DNA from: a virus | Strand: one strand, 5' to 3' | DNA length: 64,000 bases | Virus record (IMG/VR): IMGVR_UViG_3300029791_000002 | Location: 1 to 64,000 of that record | Shown here: positions 28,767 to 38,779 of the stretch, piece by piece | How positions within the stretch are numbered: the first letter of the stretch is position 1 | Layout of the letters: each line of letters begins with the position of its first letter | Translations under genes and position numbers: made by a program | The notes under the pieces: generated by a model | What the model was told of the DNA's origin: nothing | What the model saw: the letters and a program-made list of their open reading frames with translations, nothing else | The model's database searches: none

Positions 28767-29900
28767 TTAATACAATGACTGTTCTTCTTTTGTCTCTTGT
28801 TCTTGTTCCTGATTGTCCGTAACATCTTCCACAGTATAGAGCTTGGGCGGCGTCGGCGGCTGGTTGGGGTTCACGAACTTCGTCCCGCCCTCCCCGTACA
28901 TCCATCCATGTCCCGGCAGGATCTCTGGGTGGATTGTATTAGTAAGCTCTTCCATACTAACTTGCCTTACCTTCAGTATATGATGAAACACAAGTCCGGC
29001 TGTCCTGAATGATGTTTTGTTTTCAGTTTTAAACCTATCAAGAGTCTGATACCAATCTTTCCCAAATATCATATACTTATCCAGCCCGTACCTACGAGGA
29101 TTGTGCAAACCTATCATTAACGTACATAACTGACCCAGCGTATCAGATTGGTAAAAATCAGAAAGACGCGGAGGCTGCTCTTGTGGGCTTTTTATCCTTC
29201 CTTCTATTTCTCTGTTGAATTGGGATATGATGAGGAAAAATATGTTTTTATATACTAATTTAGCTTCGTTCATAACCGCCACCAAATCATCTATAGCCGA
29301 CTTAGGATCTAACCCCATTCTTTTTATCAAAGCAATATGATCGACTTTAAATATTATAAGACGTTTGTCTTTGTGTTTGGTAGCTATATGATACACAGCC
29401 GCCTCAAACTCTTTTACCGTACACGGAGCATCGATGTATATTATATTATTCCTGATTTCACCTTGAAGGATTTCAAACATCCTCATCTCTTCTACTGTAT
29501 TAGAATCTTGCCTTCTTAATATTTCAGGAGCTCGCTTTTTCATATCCTGGCTCATTCTGCGAAGAAGAAGATCTTGAGGATTCATTTCGAACTCGCAATT
29601 AACAAGAAAATAATCTTCTGCTTGCGGGTTGATCATCGGATTCATCACATTTTCCAATATCTTTTGGGCCACATACGATTTACCTACAGATGGCCGGGCT
29701 CCTATGGCAATAGCGTGCTGAGGAAAAATACCTCCAAGCAAAGCCTCATCAATATAATCGTATCCGGTTTTAGCGGGGATAAGCTCTCCCCGCCTGTATT
29801 TCAAGATATTCTCATACGCCTCTTCCATAACCTGTTTAGAGGTCTTGAATATCCTTCTTATATCTATTTTATTTTTCAGATCCTCTTGCATTTTTGTCAC
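28767..29900 (-). CDS. DnaB-family replicative helicase (C-terminal RecA-like domain)
   Basis: LGGIFPQHAIAIGARPSVGKS (Walker A, cf. DnaB AARPSMGKT), LIIFKVDHIALI (cf. LIMIDYLQLM), IISQFNRE (cf. ALSQLNRSLE). Confidence 0.7.
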   Translation of the reverse strand: MTKMQEDLKNKIDIRRIFKTSKQVMEEAYENILKYRRGELIPAKTGYDYIDEALLGGIFPQHAIAIGARPSVGKSYVAQKILENVMNPMINPQAEDYFLVNCEFEMNPQDLLLRRMSQDMKKRAPEILRRQDSNTVEEMRMFEILQGEIRNNIIYIDAPCTVKEFEAAVYHIATKHKDKRLIIFKVDHIALIKRMGLDPKSAIDDLVAVMNEAKLVYKNIFFLIISQFNREIEGRIKSPQEQPPRLSDFYQSDTLGQLCTLMIGLHNPRRYGLDKYMIFGKDWYQTLDRFKTENKTSFRTAGLVFHHILKVRQVSMEELTNTIHPEILPGHGWMYGEGGTKFVNPNQPPTPPKLYTVEDVTDNQEQEQETKEEQSLY

Positions 29901-30147
29901 CTTTCGTATCCGATTTGGATCCCCTATTAGCTTTTACTGATTTATACCTAAGACCGTTCTTGGTATGAGAACAATCCTTTCCTTTTCTCCAGCCCTTACC
30001 CTTCTTCTTGTCCGTTTCGTAGTTTTTACGACCAAGCTCTCGGCGTTTGGCTTTCTGTTCCGGTCTGGCATTTATCTCCTTGTCCTTTTTAGCCTTTTTC
30101 TTCCTGGCTTCGGGATGAGTCCTGTAGTACTCTGTCGATCTACCCAT
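29869..30147 (-). CDS. very basic Lys/Arg-rich small protein (92 aa), possible nucleic-acid binding
   Basis: Roughly 40% K/R. Confidence 0.4.
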   Translation of the reverse strand: MGRSTEYYRTHPEARKKKAKKDKEINARPEQKAKRRELGRKNYETDKKKGKGWRKGKDCSHTKNGLRYKSVKANRGSKSDTKGDKNARGSEK

Positions 30148-30199
30148 GTGCTTATATTTTTTTTGATTAATAATAGCACAAAGATAGGCAATTCACGCC

Positions 30200-30766
30200 C
30201 TATTTCAACCTGCCGTAGCTCATATCAGGATCACACCAGACATACCCGTCTTTCTCATCATGAAGATACTCAGGACATCCTCTACATGCGCTACTGCCTG
30301 ACACTATTTGATTGTTTTTATTAGGGCACTTATCTCCAGGTTTATGCCATTCTATTCTCGAACCTGATCGTTCTTTGTTTACATGACAGAACTGAAAGAC
30401 TTTTCCCATCGTCTTCTCGCCAAACATACCTATATGTGTGTACTCTTCCGGTATAGAGAGAAATTCAGATAAATCTTTATACATCCTTTTCCGTTCCTCC
30501 GGCGTAGACCATAGTCTATCAAGTTCGGCATGGACTCTTATCTTAAGAGACCTCAGTGATGGCCCCGCAAGCCGGCCTTTAGCTTTTCCCTTATTCGGCC
30601 CTGATTCATGAACACCGACATAAGCATTGCATGGTTTACACATCATAACCATCCCTAAGCCTTTTCTGCTATATATTTTATCGGCATTGACCAACTCGGT
30701 TTCTCTTCCACAATAAGGACAAATTTCGCCTCTTAAAACCCGTTGTTGGCGCTCATTAAGTTCCAT
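30200..30766 (-). CDS. zinc-ribbon protein (188 aa)
   Basis: CPYCG...CKPCN and C-terminal CRGCPEY...C motifs. Confidence 0.5.
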   Translation of the reverse strand: MELNERQQRVLRGEICPYCGRETELVNADKIYSRKGLGMVMMCKPCNAYVGVHESGPNKGKAKGRLAGPSLRSLKIRVHAELDRLWSTPEERKRMYKDLSEFLSIPEEYTHIGMFGEKTMGKVFQFCHVNKERSGSRIEWHKPGDKCPNKNNQIVSGSSACRGCPEYLHDEKDGYVWCDPDMSYGRLK

Positions 30767-30990
30767 ACCCTATTCTTTTGTTTTTCTTTAAACTTTTCAT
30801 ACAAACTGCTCTCAGTTTCCATTTCCGAAATCTCTACCTCTACGTCCTCTCTTTTGAAAATTACTTTCTTGGCTGTCGGATACGCACATTTAGAGATACG
30901 AATAGCATTACGAATAGCGTAAACAAAATACGTTTCTGGTGATGATTCGATCACCACTACCTCATTTAAAGTGTTTTTATAATTTTCCAT
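30733..30990 (-). CDS. hypothetical protein (85 aa)
   Basis: ORF. Confidence 0.4.
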   Translation of the reverse strand: MENYKNTLNEVVVIESSPETYFVYAIRNAIRISKCAYPTAKKVIFKREDVEVEISEMETESSLYEKFKEKQKNRVWNLMSANNGF

Positions 30991-30991
30991 A

Positions 30992-31345
30992 TTATCTACT
31001 TGCTTTAATTATATAACCCGGATGATCTTCACACGCCTCTTTGTATTTGATAAGAAACTTAAGAAATGAATCATAAGACCCCCATCCGTTTTCCGGCTCG
31101 TATCTCAAAAGACTTTTTCTCTTGGAGATCATAATACATATACCTTTTGTAAGTACATTCTTCATCTCATTGGTATATATTTCTCTACACAATTCTTCTG
31201 GTCTCCAAACATAATCGTACAGCGTTTCTTTATTTTTTGATACGAATATTCTTTGTGCCATCTTGTTCATGTTGTGGGTGATGTTTGCAACCCATCTACA
31301 ATCCTCTTCTTTCTTCTTGTTCTTAATATAAACATCCAGGCTCAT
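30992..31345 (-). CDS. hypothetical protein (117 aa)
   Basis: ORF. Confidence 0.5.
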   Translation of the reverse strand: MSLDVYIKNKKKEEDCRWVANITHNMNKMAQRIFVSKNKETLYDYVWRPEELCREIYTNEMKNVLTKGICIMISKRKSLLRYEPENGWGSYDSFLKFLIKYKEACEDHPGYIIKASR

Positions 31346-32336
31346 GATATTTTTCTTTTACCTTGTTACTAATTATCAGATCTGCCACATCATCTCCGTC
31401 TCCTACATTTTCAACATTTTGAAGATAGTCCGATACTTTTATCCTTGACTTCATCATCATCCCATCTATCTTTTTACTCCATGTCTCAAATGCTTGTCCT
31501 TTGTCCGGAAAAGCTACGGTCTTTCTATCTTTTAAAACATCTATCACTTCCGGCCTTAGATTCTGCAACCCACCGGTAGCTACAAATAACTCATCCGGTT
31601 TATTCACAGCGCATATAATAGCCGTCTTTTCTGATTCCACCAAATTAACCACCTTATCCGGATACTGGCTTAGAAGATGCTCTCCGAACAGGCATTGTCT
31701 AAACAAGAAGTCTCTTGCATGCAACGAGTGATAAAACATAACATGAGGCCGCTCATTGTCACCGTCTTTTTCCTTCACTCTTTTTACATCAATCTCATTC
31801 CCCTGGCCGTCGGTTTTTATATAAAAGTCCATGATCTTGCCGGTTCTACATACAAAATCTTTGTCTATCTGCCAGAATATACAACATCCTTTCCATCCCC
31901 ATAAGTCCATTGTTCCTACATGATACCTCCTGAATACATCAGACACCCTTTCTTTTCCCCATAGAGACGATAAAAATCTAAATACAGTGTTTCTATCGTC
32001 TGGAACCACAGTCCTCTCAAACTCGCTAAAAGGTATGTAATTTACAACGTCAGGATTTACAGGAGGGCGATAAGCTCTTATACACTTGTTTCCTGAAATC
32101 CAAAGATCTTTGTCACCTACATCCTTACCAGTAGGTCGTTTATCGTAACCGCAAGTCCGTTCATGATCGCATCTTCCGAACTCGTTGCCAACAACCTGAC
32201 CTGTTGCCACATCAATATAAGGAGTGAGGCACCGGCTTTTTCCGCAAGCCGGGCAGGTTAGCTTCAGTCGGCTCCTTCCGGGCCTGCGGTCAAGTTGAAA
32301 CCGAGGTACGTTTTCGTATCTTCTGAAATCAAGCAT
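31323..32336 (-). CDS. primase-like protein: N-terminal zinc ribbon plus Toprim-like domain
   Basis: CPACGKSRC...CDHERTC zinc ribbon; VESEKTAIIC (Toprim Glu) and VGDGDDVADLI (DxD). Confidence 0.55.
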   Translation of the reverse strand: MLDFRRYENVPRFQLDRRPGRSRLKLTCPACGKSRCLTPYIDVATGQVVGNEFGRCDHERTCGYDKRPTGKDVGDKDLWISGNKCIRAYRPPVNPDVVNYIPFSEFERTVVPDDRNTVFRFLSSLWGKERVSDVFRRYHVGTMDLWGWKGCCIFWQIDKDFVCRTGKIMDFYIKTDGQGNEIDVKRVKEKDGDNERPHVMFYHSLHARDFLFRQCLFGEHLLSQYPDKVVNLVESEKTAIICAVNKPDELFVATGGLQNLRPEVIDVLKDRKTVAFPDKGQAFETWSKKIDGMMMKSRIKVSDYLQNVENVGDGDDVADLIISNKVKEKYHEPGCLY

Positions 32337-32679
32337 TTTGAACTCCTCTCATTGCTTCTATGATTCTATCTGCTATAGTTATAGACCATGACACCACATC
32401 TGGTACATATACTCCGCAATCTATCTCTCCTTTTCTATGCAGTGTTTTGATAAACTCAATAGAATAAGCCTTAACAAGATCGAATCTACGTTGTTCCCAA
32501 TCCACGTCTTTGTTTTCATCATCCACAGGAAGGGTATCGAGATAATAATTTAAACTCTCATTTATCACACTTCCTTTGCTGTCATAGAATTGTATTTTGT
32601 CACAGTCGCTTCTTGTAGTTGAGCCGCTGAAGGTGATTATGTCTATTATCTCCCCGGTTCTTCTAATTTTTCTTTTCAT
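32329..32679 (-). CDS. hypothetical protein (116 aa)
   Basis: ORF. Confidence 0.5.
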   Translation of the reverse strand: MKRKIRRTGEIIDIITFSGSTTRSDCDKIQFYDSKGSVINESLNYYLDTLPVDDENKDVDWEQRRFDLVKAYSIEFIKTLHRKGEIDCGVYVPDVVSWSITIADRIIEAMRGVQNA

Positions 32680-32909
32680 ACTCTTCTTGTGTTTCTAACC
32701 AGTATAGGCATTATCACATTAACAGTCTTGCCATATTTCTCGTAAGATGTAAGTATGCATATTGCATACTTATCCCCTATTTTCAAATCTTTCGATAATC
32801 TTAATCTTGAACCCCTTTTGATGTTAATAAAATAATCACCAAAAGGATTGATACATATCGGTTTTACGATTTCCACATAATCTCCTTTAGGAATAACAAT
32901 ATCACTCAT
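32676..32909 (-). CDS. hypothetical protein (77 aa)
   Basis: ORF. Confidence 0.4.
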   Translation of the reverse strand: MSDIVIPKGDYVEIVKPICINPFGDYFINIKRGSRLRLSKDLKIGDKYAICILTSYEKYGKTVNVIMPILVRNTRRV

Positions 32910-34222
32910 ATTACGAATCTTTTAGACATTTCCTCAGCAATATCATATACAACAATATGATCCTCTTCATTGTAAGGCTTATTGATATTCAGCACTCCTT
33001 TTCTCACTTTGAACCTCTTGTCTTTTCTAAGGTGATTCAACATCCCTTGTTGGAACACACAGTCCGCCTTTTCAAGTGCTACACTATCTTCTGTCCATTC
33101 TTTCAGCGTATATCCTTTACTGCTCGTGCTTTTTGGAGAAAAGTTCATAATACGCGCGTCAATTCCGTACCATGCTTTAACCATTCTTCTTTCAGCTTCT
33201 AATTGGAATGCGTATGATTCCCATATACCTCCCGATTTAAAGTCAAGAATGACCACTTCTTCCTTCTCCACTTCTCTTACTTCCTTCTTCGGATCGCCTT
33301 TTTTGAACTGCCCTGTAGCCCTTTGATATACGGCTCCAAAATAACCTTCTTCTTTGTATTTGAATGTCATTTTAACCATCGCATCAATAGGTGTTGCTAC
33401 AAGGTAATCCTCTAAAGAAAGGATTCTTTCTATCATCATCGGTTTCACCTTGTAATCAGAACAGAATTTGGCAAACTTCATGACCCTGACAATCATATCG
33501 TCAAGATCATCTATGCTGTTAAAAAATCGGTCAAGATTTTTCTTCGATATCTTCAGCTTACCTTCTTGCACTGTCTTAACTATAAAATTTCGATTTAAGA
33601 CCATATCTCTACCTGTCAAGTACAATCCGTATAGGTAGTGCATGATCGTTCCCTTATCGGCTTCATACTGCGCTATCTCTTCTGGATTGCGACCAAGCAT
33701 CTTTATCTCTTGCTTCCATTCCTGAAGTGCTGTCTTATCATCTACATATCCGTCTTTGATTAAGGTCGTTACCGAAGCATATATCTTGGCTGTCCCATCA
33801 TCCATCTTCCTTACATAAAAACGATTGTCGTCTAATGTCAATCTTACGAATTTGGGAGTCTCAATCTTCTTTAACTCATCACAGATATAAAACGGTTCTA
33901 ACGTTTCCTGATTTTCTGTAAACGGATTCGAATCCTCTTCTCCAGGGTTAGGAGCGGCTTCCTCCGCCGGAGCTTCCGGTTCCTCCTTCTGGGCCTGCTC
34001 TGTCTCAGGCGCCGGCTCTTCAACTACTGGAACCTGTCCGCCTCTTTCTGCTATGTCTCTGTTCTTTATTAAAGACATAACCTCCTTCTTCAACTGCTCT
34101 GGTGTTTGGTTAGGATCTGACACCGACATCACAACATCGTTCATTCTAAACAACGTATTTCCTTCTCCTTCCACCATAGGGACAAATCCTAAATCTGTCA
34201 ATATTTTTATTTTCTCTTTCAT
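32906..34222 (-). CDS. second PD-(D/E)XK (RecB/YqaJ-like) nuclease with acidic Pro/Glu-rich N-terminal linker
   Basis: ASVTTLI, IDAMVKM (motif II), VVILDFKSGG (D-x-K), FQLEAERRMVKAWY (QL...Y); same core pattern as 23226-24245. Confidence 0.5.
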   Translation of the reverse strand: MKEKIKILTDLGFVPMVEGEGNTLFRMNDVVMSVSDPNQTPEQLKKEVMSLIKNRDIAERGGQVPVVEEPAPETEQAQKEEPEAPAEEAAPNPGEEDSNPFTENQETLEPFYICDELKKIETPKFVRLTLDDNRFYVRKMDDGTAKIYASVTTLIKDGYVDDKTALQEWKQEIKMLGRNPEEIAQYEADKGTIMHYLYGLYLTGRDMVLNRNFIVKTVQEGKLKISKKNLDRFFNSIDDLDDMIVRVMKFAKFCSDYKVKPMMIERILSLEDYLVATPIDAMVKMTFKYKEEGYFGAVYQRATGQFKKGDPKKEVREVEKEEVVILDFKSGGIWESYAFQLEAERRMVKAWYGIDARIMNFSPKSTSSKGYTLKEWTEDSVALEKADCVFQQGMLNHLRKDKRFKVRKGVLNINKPYNEEDHIVVYDIAEEMSKRFVI

Positions 34223-34404
34223 GATCTTCCTCTAATCAATTCTTCTTTAATACAATGTAACACTGTTTCCACTTCATCTTTATCTCTATCTTTCACTGCG
34301 ATAGCTATATCCTTACCATAACTTTCTCTCTGTATGTGAGCATAAAAGATAGTTTCATCGTCAGCTTCTATTCTTATTTTATAAAGTTTTCTCATATCTG
34401 TCAA
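34219..34404 (-). CDS. hypothetical protein (61 aa)
   Basis: ORF. Confidence 0.3.
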   Translation of the reverse strand: MTDMRKLYKIRIEADDETIFYAHIQRESYGKDIAIAVKDRDKDEVETVLHCIKEELIRGRS

Positions 34405-34903
34405 TTATTTCAATAATTAATCTACCTCTTTCTTTAATCATTCCCCTGCTTTCCATATCCAGCACCTTCTTTACCGCATACTTCCACACAAAAGGAAATT
34501 CTGTTTCAAGTTTATCAAATTCCATCCGGTCGAGATACATGTCGAATATCGTATGCTCCGATTCATGTAGGAAAACTATGTTATCCCTGCAAGTAGCAAC
34601 CGACTTATATATCCTTTTCGGAAGTATGTGACAGACGTTACATACTGTAGGAAAATGAATAGCCTTACCGGTCATAGACATCCGACTATTATTTAACTCT
34701 TCCAGCATAAGACGAAAAAACCCGGATAAATCCGGGTTCTCTAACTTTTTCTTCTTGCTGCTGTTTTTAATGGATGTAATTCTGTCTTTTTTCTTCGGAG
34801 TCAACTCTTTACTCCTGCAAGCCTGGCATAAGCCATGACTTCTTATCATCACTTTTCGTCCACATCGTTCGCAGACGTATAGCTTCTTTTCCTTGCTTTC
34901 CAT
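34379..34903 (-). CDS. zinc-ribbon protein (174 aa)
   Basis: CERCGRK...CQAC at the N-terminus. Confidence 0.5.
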   Translation of the reverse strand: MESKEKKLYVCERCGRKVMIRSHGLCQACRSKELTPKKKDRITSIKNSSKKKKLENPDLSGFFRLMLEELNNSRMSMTGKAIHFPTVCNVCHILPKRIYKSVATCRDNIVFLHESEHTIFDMYLDRMEFDKLETEFPFVWKYAVKKVLDMESRGMIKERGRLIIEIIDRYEKTL

Positions 34904-35088
34904 TCGAATAATAATGATATTATTGAAAAGAACAATCCCGCTGAAGCCAGTAGATAAGGTACGTTCATTAATAATTTAGATACCTCGTCTGTCTTAATCA
35001 CTATCAGAAGGAAAGCGCCTGCTGAAAGCAATGATATTATCGCCACAACAAGCGCTATGTTGGAAACTACATCAGCCTTACTCTTCAC
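34849..35088 (-). CDS. small membrane protein (2 TM, 79 aa)
   Basis: Two hydrophobic helices. Confidence 0.4.
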   Translation of the reverse strand: MKSKADVVSNIALVVAIISLLSAGAFLLIVIKTDEVSKLLMNVPYLLASAGLFFSIISLLFEWKARKRSYTSANDVDEK

Positions 35089-35548
35089 TCTTCTTCTCGC
35101 CTAATTTTTCAGCTCCCTTCTGAAGATCGTATTTAAACACTTCAATGATTTTCGTTTCCACAATAGACTCGCAATTCCAGTCTCCTAACGTACCCTGCAT
35201 ACCTTTAGTCAACACAGCTTCGGCATCCTTAGGATTTCCGGCCTGGATATACATATAGCATGGAGTTTTCTTTTCTTTACCTTTCTTTTCATCCAGTGTA
35301 ATGTAATTCACCTTACACTTATACCAGTACTCAGCTTCTCCGTTGAAGAAGATTTCCGACACTTTAATAGGATTAATTTTTACAACCTCGAAAGAATTGT
35401 ACAAATCCTTGAAGATCTCCAACGATCTTGATTCTGCCTCTGTGTAAGACAAGGCATCCACCAAATACTTTTCAGTTACTTTCTTTTTTTTGCCGTTCTC
35501 GATATTATCAATCTCGGCTTTTACCGTAATTTCAAACCAGCGATTCAT
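35078..35548 (-). CDS. hypothetical protein (156 aa)
   Basis: ORF. Confidence 0.55.
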   Translation of the reverse strand: MNRWFEITVKAEIDNIENGKKKKVTEKYLVDALSYTEAESRSLEIFKDLYNSFEVVKINPIKVSEIFFNGEAEYWYKCKVNYITLDEKKGKEKKTPCYMYIQAGNPKDAEAVLTKGMQGTLGDWNCESIVETKIIEVFKYDLQKGAEKLGEKKSEE

Positions 35549-35559
35549 TGTATTAATAT

Positions 35560-35814
35560 TTAATTAGTTGATTTCTTTCCTTTCTCTATACTATTTTTAA
35601 ATCTTTCAGAACACCACTGCAAAACGTCCATCATCATCATCTCATTATTAGATAAGATACCTTTTATAACTAACGCCAATTGATGCTGTGACATTCTTTG
35701 GCTCATATCAAATCTTCTTTCCTCTTCATTTACTATCGTAGCCACGAAATACTTACACCCCTCTAAGTGCGTCAGGGCTTCAATCATAGCTTCTTTTATC
35801 TCTTTTTCTTCCAT
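35560..35814 (-). CDS. hypothetical protein (84 aa)
   Basis: ORF. Confidence 0.45.
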   Translation of the reverse strand: MEEKEIKEAMIEALTHLEGCKYFVATIVNEEERRFDMSQRMSQHQLALVIKGILSNNEMMMMDVLQWCSERFKNSIEKGKKSTN

Positions 35815-36317
35815 TCTGTTTGTTTTTTTTTGGACAAAGATATGTCTTTTGATAATAAAAAAGATTCAAATTGACCGAACATTAAATTGAAAAGTGATTC
35901 CAATGATAACACCACTTTCTCTCCATAAGATCTTCTAATATTATTCACATACAAATCTAAGTTGCTGATGTTTTTCAATACACTATCTCGATTCATCTCC
36001 GCCGATGGCAATAAACGGAATACTTTCCCTGCATAATCGGATGATATGTCAATCCCATCAAGAACCTTGTCATCATCATCAAATATAGGTGGAAAATCCA
36101 GTGCCTCGATCGGTATTTCAGAGCACATGGATTTCTCGCATAACGCATACATTGATATGATGTTAAGCAAAGTTGATTTTCCACTACCGTTTTTACCTAC
36201 AATCACATTCACTCCTGGCTTGAAAATAAATTCTCTACTATTTTCAAACGCTTCTATGTCAGAAGCATATTCAAAAGGAGTTTTTGTATTGTCTTTTATT
36301 TTTACTGATGTTATCAT
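35796..36317 (-). CDS. miniature P-loop ATPase (173 aa) related to SMC/RecF/OLD-type ABC ATPase N-termini
   Basis: GVNVIVGKNGSGKSTLLNIIS Walker A; signature-like SYGEKVVLSL; no Walker B/D-loop follows, and the protein ends about 60 aa later. Confidence 0.6.
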   Translation of the reverse strand: MITSVKIKDNTKTPFEYASDIEAFENSREFIFKPGVNVIVGKNGSGKSTLLNIISMYALCEKSMCSEIPIEALDFPPIFDDDDKVLDGIDISSDYAGKVFRLLPSAEMNRDSVLKNISNLDLYVNNIRRSYGEKVVLSLESLFNLMFGQFESFLLSKDISLSKKKQTEWKKKR

Positions 36318-36328
36318 TGTAATCCTTT

Positions 36329-37183
36329 TTAAAAATCAATTACCGCCCGAACCATGTCTCCGATGTGCTTGTTGCCGGTGCCCGTGAGGCCACTGGAGAA
36401 GACCACGTACCACGCGACGGCCTGGCTGCTCTCAGTACTGGACCAATACCACGTCGAGGAGAGGGGAGATGCCGAAACATAAGTGAATGCTTTGTTTAGT
36501 TCGTCCATATAATGGGCCATTAAATTTAATTGACCAAGAGATGGTATATACTCGCCATCTTCCAGCAGATTTCTCAATTTTGGATTTCTGGCTACAAGGC
36601 GTTCCGTATTGCCGCGTCCGTCAATGTCAAACAGCGCATCACATTCACGTTCGTAATATGTTCCACTTCCGGATTCTTCACGGCTATCATCGTCAAGCAA
36701 TTGTACGATATCATGTTCCGTCAGTGAGATTGCAAATGACATGTATCTGTGCTTCAACCCAATGTATCGTACACAATCTTTGGAGTTATCGCCGGTAAAC
36801 GGCTCTGCATGTCCATCTTTGTAGATTATATACAGTCCGTCAGTTGACTCTTTCTTATCCTCTTCGGATGGTACTCTGTTTTCACATGTACATTTCTCAC
36901 TTTTGGATCTTACGATTATATTCAACTCATTTAATACATGATCCCTGATGACGCTCTCGCATGCTCTTCTTACAAAATCATGATCTCTTTGTTTGAGTTC
37001 ATCATTCACCATGCATCTGATCCAGTTTTCTATCTGGTTGTCACCTCCATATGTATTAACCATGTACCGTTTTACGTGTTTCTCTAATAACGGCTCTATG
37101 TTTTTGATTATATCTTCTTTGGTAAGGTGAAGTTCATTTAATATACAGTTCCTTACTGCCCTGTATTCTTTACTTGTGCTCAT
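36329..37183 (-). CDS. hypothetical protein (284 aa) adjacent to the mini-ATPase
   Basis: ORF; C-terminal about 45 aa encoded by a 130-bp GC-rich island (36342-36475). Confidence 0.6.
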   Translation of the reverse strand: MSTSKEYRAVRNCILNELHLTKEDIIKNIEPLLEKHVKRYMVNTYGGDNQIENWIRCMVNDELKQRDHDFVRRACESVIRDHVLNELNIIVRSKSEKCTCENRVPSEEDKKESTDGLYIIYKDGHAEPFTGDNSKDCVRYIGLKHRYMSFAISLTEHDIVQLLDDDSREESGSGTYYERECDALFDIDGRGNTERLVARNPKLRNLLEDGEYIPSLGQLNLMAHYMDELNKAFTYVSASPLSSTWYWSSTESSQAVAWYVVFSSGLTGTGNKHIGDMVRAVIDF

Positions 37184-37194
37184 GATATGCCCAT

Positions 37195-37554
37195 TTAATA
37201 CTGTGAATCATATTTTCTTTCTCTCCCGCTGTCTTCCCCTATAGGATTATCCCATCCTAAACAAGAATCTAAATGTGAAATAAAAATTGTAGCTCCCTTA
37301 TTTTCTTCTACAGTAGGATACTCTACCTCATAATAGTCAAATTCAGAGCTCTCTAATCCGACCCTATCTTCACCCCATCCATTTTTGGTTCCATCCTCTG
37401 CCATTTCTTTAAGCTTTTCCAAAGCCTCTTCTGGTGTTTCTGCTTCAATGGATAATCTATCTTTCATCCATCCATAAACCCTTCTTTCTACTTCAAATAT
37501 AAATTCTTTCATTTCGCTATTTTTTTGTTTATTATATTTCACATCTTGTATCAA
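37195..37554 (-). CDS. hypothetical protein (119 aa)
   Basis: ORF. Confidence 0.5.
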   Translation of the reverse strand: MIQDVKYNKQKNSEMKEFIFEVERRVYGWMKDRLSIEAETPEEALEKLKEMAEDGTKNGWGEDRVGLESSEFDYYEVEYPTVEENKGATIFISHLDSCLGWDNPIGEDSGRERKYDSQY

Positions 37555-37871
37555 ACAACCTCCTTGGAAGCATTATTTAATGGTGATTCCTTCAATCTCT
37601 TTAGATTAAATCCTATCATATTCCCACACTGTGGACACCTAAAACCATAAGGTTCACTAACCATCCTGTCACTTCTGTTGCACATCATACAGTATGGGCG
37701 CCATCCGTCATACCATGTCCCTCCCTTGGCTTCCTTCAATCTTCTCAACTTTTCTTTTTCTGGAAGATCTATATTCTGTTTTAGTGTTTCCATTAATCTG
37801 TTGTTTACCTTGATAATATCAATATCTGAGACATCAAAACATAATACGGCTATTTTGATTTTCGCTTCCAT
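37551..37871 (-). CDS. zinc-ribbon protein (106 aa)
   Basis: CMMCN...CPQCG. Confidence 0.5.
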   Translation of the reverse strand: MEAKIKIAVLCFDVSDIDIIKVNNRLMETLKQNIDLPEKEKLRRLKEAKGGTWYDGWRPYCMMCNRSDRMVSEPYGFRCPQCGNMIGFNLKRLKESPLNNASKEVV

Positions 37872-38059
37872 GATTGTTTATTGTTCTACATCAATAATCC
37901 CATACTCTGCTACTTCCAACACATCCTGCACTATTTCCGGATAGTCAGTCGTATCTAACGAAGCATCTTGAACGTATGCTTCCGCTAATTTCTTGGCTTC
38001 TTCAAACGATTCGGCTTGTATATATAAATCAAGCGTTAATGAAAACGGATATAACATAG

Positions 38060-38374
38060 CTAATCTGTTATTCTGTAATAATAATCAAGTTCTTCTCCCT
38101 TAAAATTGTTCATGGCATACTCGTCAGCTTCTTGCCATAACCGGTCATACAATGCAGCCAGTTCACGATTGCTTTTATAATGTTGCCATATTTTATGATT
38201 CAACACAATCACCAATTCTGTGAAGAACTTATAATTACCTTTCCATTCATCAAACGCACGTTTGTAGGTATCTTTGACACCTGCTATACCATACTTGTCG
38301 GCTATGCTGAAATCTTCCCAAAAGGTAGTCATTAGGTTATAGCCCACTTCTTTCATAAATTCTTTGAATGTCAT
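38060..38374 (-). CDS. hypothetical protein (104 aa)
   Basis: ORF. Confidence 0.5.
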   Translation of the reverse strand: MTFKEFMKEVGYNLMTTFWEDFSIADKYGIAGVKDTYKRAFDEWKGNYKFFTELVIVLNHKIWQHYKSNRELAALYDRLWQEADEYAMNNFKGEELDYYYRITD

Positions 38375-38405
38375 AAGCTATTATTTTAGGTATATAATTA
38401 CCTCA

Positions 38406-38696
38406 TTAAATTTTTGAATTGTCATATAATTCCCCTGAATATGGACTGTATATTGTTCCGGCTTCCACCGCTCCAGGTTCTACCGCCATCAGTCCTACAC
38501 CTACTTCATAATACAGTTCAAGATCTATTGGCTCCATCGCCATCCTCTCAGCTTCTTTCTTGCTAAGACCTGAAAGCATTAAACATTTCACCTTATTTGC
38601 GTACGCAATAGGATACTCTTCTGGAGTTAATCTTATTAAGACTACTTCTGCTTCTTCTGCGCTGTTAAGTTTTAATTCGTTTCCCATTTTATGCAT
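38406..38696 (-). CDS. hypothetical protein (96 aa)
   Basis: ORF. Confidence 0.45.
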   Translation of the reverse strand: MHKMGNELKLNSAEEAEVVLIRLTPEEYPIAYANKVKCLMLSGLSKKEAERMAMEPIDLELYYEVGVGLMAVEPGAVEAGTIYSPYSGELYDNSKI

Positions 38697-38779
38697 TGTT
38701 TTCGCTGTTCACTATCTGACTAATGTACGGTCCTGGTCACGAACAGCCAGGCCGACCTCATGGCAGGGCAGGCGTCGCC

